The translations under genes and the position numbers were made by a program. A stretch of DNA of 64,000 bases from Hemiscyllium ocellatum (taxonomy: Eukaryota), in the NCBI RefSeq assembly GCF_020745735.1, contig NW_026867498.1, positions 1,639,822 to 1,703,821 of the forward strand, in the 5' to 3' direction. How positions within the stretch are numbered: position 1 is the first letter of the stretch; every line of letters begins with the position of its first letter. This document shows, one piece after another, positions 61,168 through 64,000 of the stretch. The notes beneath the pieces were generated by a model. That model had not been told where the DNA came from. It was given only the letters and a program-made list of their open reading frames with translations, and searched no databases.

Positions 61168-64000
61168 TTCCTCCCTTTGATTGCACCGCGATCACTGAAA
61201 GAGAAGGCTGGTCCAAACGAATGCCCTTCAAGGTGGTCCAGCCATCAACATCCTGTAGAGCGGCACCACCATCTTCGCGGCTCATCTGGTCGTATTTATC
61301 ATCGCCATCGACACATGTGGGTGAGCCATCGGATCGCAAAAGGTGGATCTTCTGGGGCAAATCTATATCACTAAGGGACCTCATAAGCCGAGCAATTAAA
61401 TACCTAACAATACCAATACCGACAAACATAAATAGCTAAATTGATAAGCCACTTGTACCATCAGACGGACCTGCAGTCTCCCCAACTGGTCCCTTCAGTC
61501 ATTCTGTCAAGGAATACCCGGATCTCTTCTTGTATCTTAGTAATATTGCCAGTGAGATCGGGAATGCCCATAGTGCATTTATCTTGGACAGTGGTGCAGA
61601 CCTCACCCTCCCGGGCGAGTGTATAGTCTAAGCATACCGATTCTGCATAGAGTAAAGACACAGGTCTGATAATCCCAGTTTACTCTGTTCCAGAGCCTCT
61701 TTAGTCTTATTTCCTCGAATGGTCAGGCCACAAAAGAGGGAATTGCGGTTCTTTTGACTTGTCACCCCTGCCGATCCTTCCAACCTCAGGGTACTCTGGA
61801 TTCCCCAGCCTATTGGGTGTCCTGTATTGTTACCCAGTCCATTGGGATCCTTCCAGTCGGAGTAAAGTTGACTGAGACCGACCGCTGCATTCTCCTCAGA
61901 TGGAGGTTCCATCGACTTGTCCACTGACCAGGACAAGGTACTGTTGTGGGAACAAGGTCTCCGATATTGATGTTATGAGGGACATCTTTGCCATCCATGA
62001 CAAGGAAATTGGTAGCTTTACCTCAGCTGAAGAAATAATAGTCTCATTTGGGGTAGATTAGGGAGAGTTTGTCAAAATAGGTTACTGAAATGTTACAGCA
62101 GGGGGTCTGGTCAGATATACAGGAGCAAAGGGTCGACGTTTTGCAAGAGGATTCGCTTGAGCGCTGTAAAAAATGGGCCAAGTGACTCGAGCACCCGCAC
62201 TGTATAGGAGACAATGGTCCTCAGAATGCTGTTCCCATTAGGCTCTCCCTTAGCTCTATTGTACATGGTCTTGGTGACAATATCAGATTCTGAAAAGAGA
62301 AAAGGCCTATAAATGCGCAAGGGAAGGGTTCCGTTCCAGGTCCATGTACCGCATGAGGCCTGCTGTACCCCAGCCAGTGTTACACCAGCTGTTTGTATAC
62401 ACAGACCGGAGCTATTGGAAAGTGATATTTCACTTCGCAGGGTTGGCAGTAGGAAGACTGACGAATAGTATGGAATCGGGGACTGGGGACTGGGCAAGTA
62501 AGTCATCTCCTGATAGAGAGGAGTAACATACTCCTGCCTCTGGGGTGAAGAGCGTTCTGTGGGCCTGTATAAATAAGTTGTTTGCGGATTGTGGAGTTTC
62601 CCCTATCAGGCTTCCCTTTTCTCGAGTCGGCCCGTCCTGCAAAATGGGATGGTGTTCCCAGGCATCCTTAAAATATTTACCATAATAACGGGGTTGATCA
62701 TTTTTATCCTCACTAGGCTTGCGTCTGCAGGTAAAATAAAAAAACCATGGTAACGACATGGTAACTCCCACTGATTTCTACTGTCCAGATGGACCATCTG
62801 GTCTTTCTGATGTAAGAGTCCATTGCAATAATCAATCTTCATCACGTCCCACACGTCAAAGGCGTCTGGTCCGGTGCACTGGACGACATCTCCTCAGCAT
62901 GGGTGGTGGATAATCTCTGATCATTCCTGGTCGCATCCATACTCAGTGGCTTTCCCCATCAGGATGTTGTACGTGATCAGAAAGGTGAGGAGATAGGCGA
63001 TCCCCCACATGTCCCTCCTCTTAGTTCAAGTATCTGTAATAAGATTAACATTAGAACAACAGCAAAATTCAAAAACCCAACTGGACAGGGTCCTCTCCTT
63101 TTGTTGGGATTCCAGTATTCTCTCCTCCTCTTCCCCACTTTTGATTGGTGCAGTCAATCAATTTACAATGGTGCAGTTGGACCCAAGCTGAGTGCCCAGC
63201 GACTTTGACCGCCGTAGGGGTGGGAAGTAAAACCTGGAAGGGGCCATCCCAACGAGGTTGGAGACCTTTGCAAGTCCAGGTCTTGACGAGCACCAACGAA
63301 CCAGGCTCTACCCGTGACGAGGCTGAAAGGGAGGGAACATCGCTGTAGGCTGCACGCTCCTGGGTGTGAAAGGCACGCATAACATTAGTTAAAGCAAGAA
63401 CATAACCAACCATTTCTTCGGTCATGTGGTGGAAGGGGACTGCAAAGGGAGCCGAATCGTTCCAAGGGGTACGGAGGGGGTGACCAGAGAGATTCTCAGC
63501 TGAAGACAGTCACGTCTTGCCCACAGACATGGATCCCATCTGGAATGAGGCCACAGGGATTAGCATAACCAGGAGAGGCCAGACTCAGCCATTAATTTGG
63601 CAAGTTTAGTCTTGAGTCTGGTTAAAACATTCACCAAGGCCGGCCGCCTGAGGATGATAAGCACCATGCAGTTGCCGACAAATACAAAGCTGGGAACAGA
63701 GTTCTCCGTTAATATTACCTACAAAGTGTGGTCCATTGTCCGAGCTAATGCACGCAGGTATACTGAAGGAATTATTTCCTTAAACAAAATCTTCACCACA
63801 GACTCAGCAGTAGTGTTAGGAAGAGGGTAGGCTTCAATCCACTTAGAAAAGACATCAACAATAAGCAAAACATATTTACAGCATCTCAACTCATTTCTAC
63901 AACTCAATGAAGTCCAGTTGAAGTGTCTCCAAGGGACCCTCCAGCAAGGGAGTTCTCGTAGAGATACTTGAACTAAGAGGTGGGGGATCGCCTACCCACT
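61168..64000 (-). mobile_element. Mirror copy of the ERV integrase and env remnant
   Basis: Reverse complement of 10617-13442. KYVLLIVDVFSKWIEAYP, QPRWDGPFQVLL and LDYTLAREGEVCTTVQDKC. Confidence 0.92.

Larger units (their letters stand above)
36069..64000. repeat. Right arm of giant inverted segmental duplication (extends beyond window)
   Basis: Same anchors as the left arm. Contains extra segments 50258-60033 and about 43650-44180 that are absent from the left arm. Confidence 0.95.

Noticed and set aside
10617-64000. Palindrome as a fold-back or chimeric-read assembly artefact
   Set aside because: The arms differ by many substitutions, different ZNF arrays, different VNTR counts and kilobase indels, and there is a distinct 7-kb spacer. 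Haplotype mis-joining is not formally excluded.

Overview
Eukaryotic, repeat-rich DNA with cartilaginous-fish signatures (HE1/V-SINE, CR1/HER1-like LINEs, shark-type [10 protein letters not shown] zinc-finger genes). The taxon is inferred, probably a shark. The window is a KRAB-less C2H2 zinc-finger cluster with five loci: A (1-203, frameshifted), B (8166-9216, frameshifted), C (26794-27930, 13 fingers), D (37167-37580, internally deleted) and E (50696-52084, 16 repeats). It is built as nested inverted duplications. A young giant palindrome has arms at about 10.6-29.0 kb and 36.1-64.0 kb and runs off the window. Each arm holds an older head-to-head inverted unit of promoter module, non-coding exon, intron and ZNF exon. 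The left arm has lost about 9.8 kb, including its copy of gene E. The cluster also carries (i) three copies of a captured, inactivated QSOX-family first exon and CpG promoter, (ii) two mirror copies of a decayed gamma/epsilon-type endogenous retrovirus (integrase and env), (iii) Neptune- and Poseidon-type Penelope-like elements and many short derivatives with minimal hammerhead-ribozyme motifs, (iv) a Tigger-like MITE, LTR-like elements, CR1 fragments and minisatellites. Coordinates were read by eye. Splice and promoter calls are motif-based inferences, and identity statements are visual estimates.
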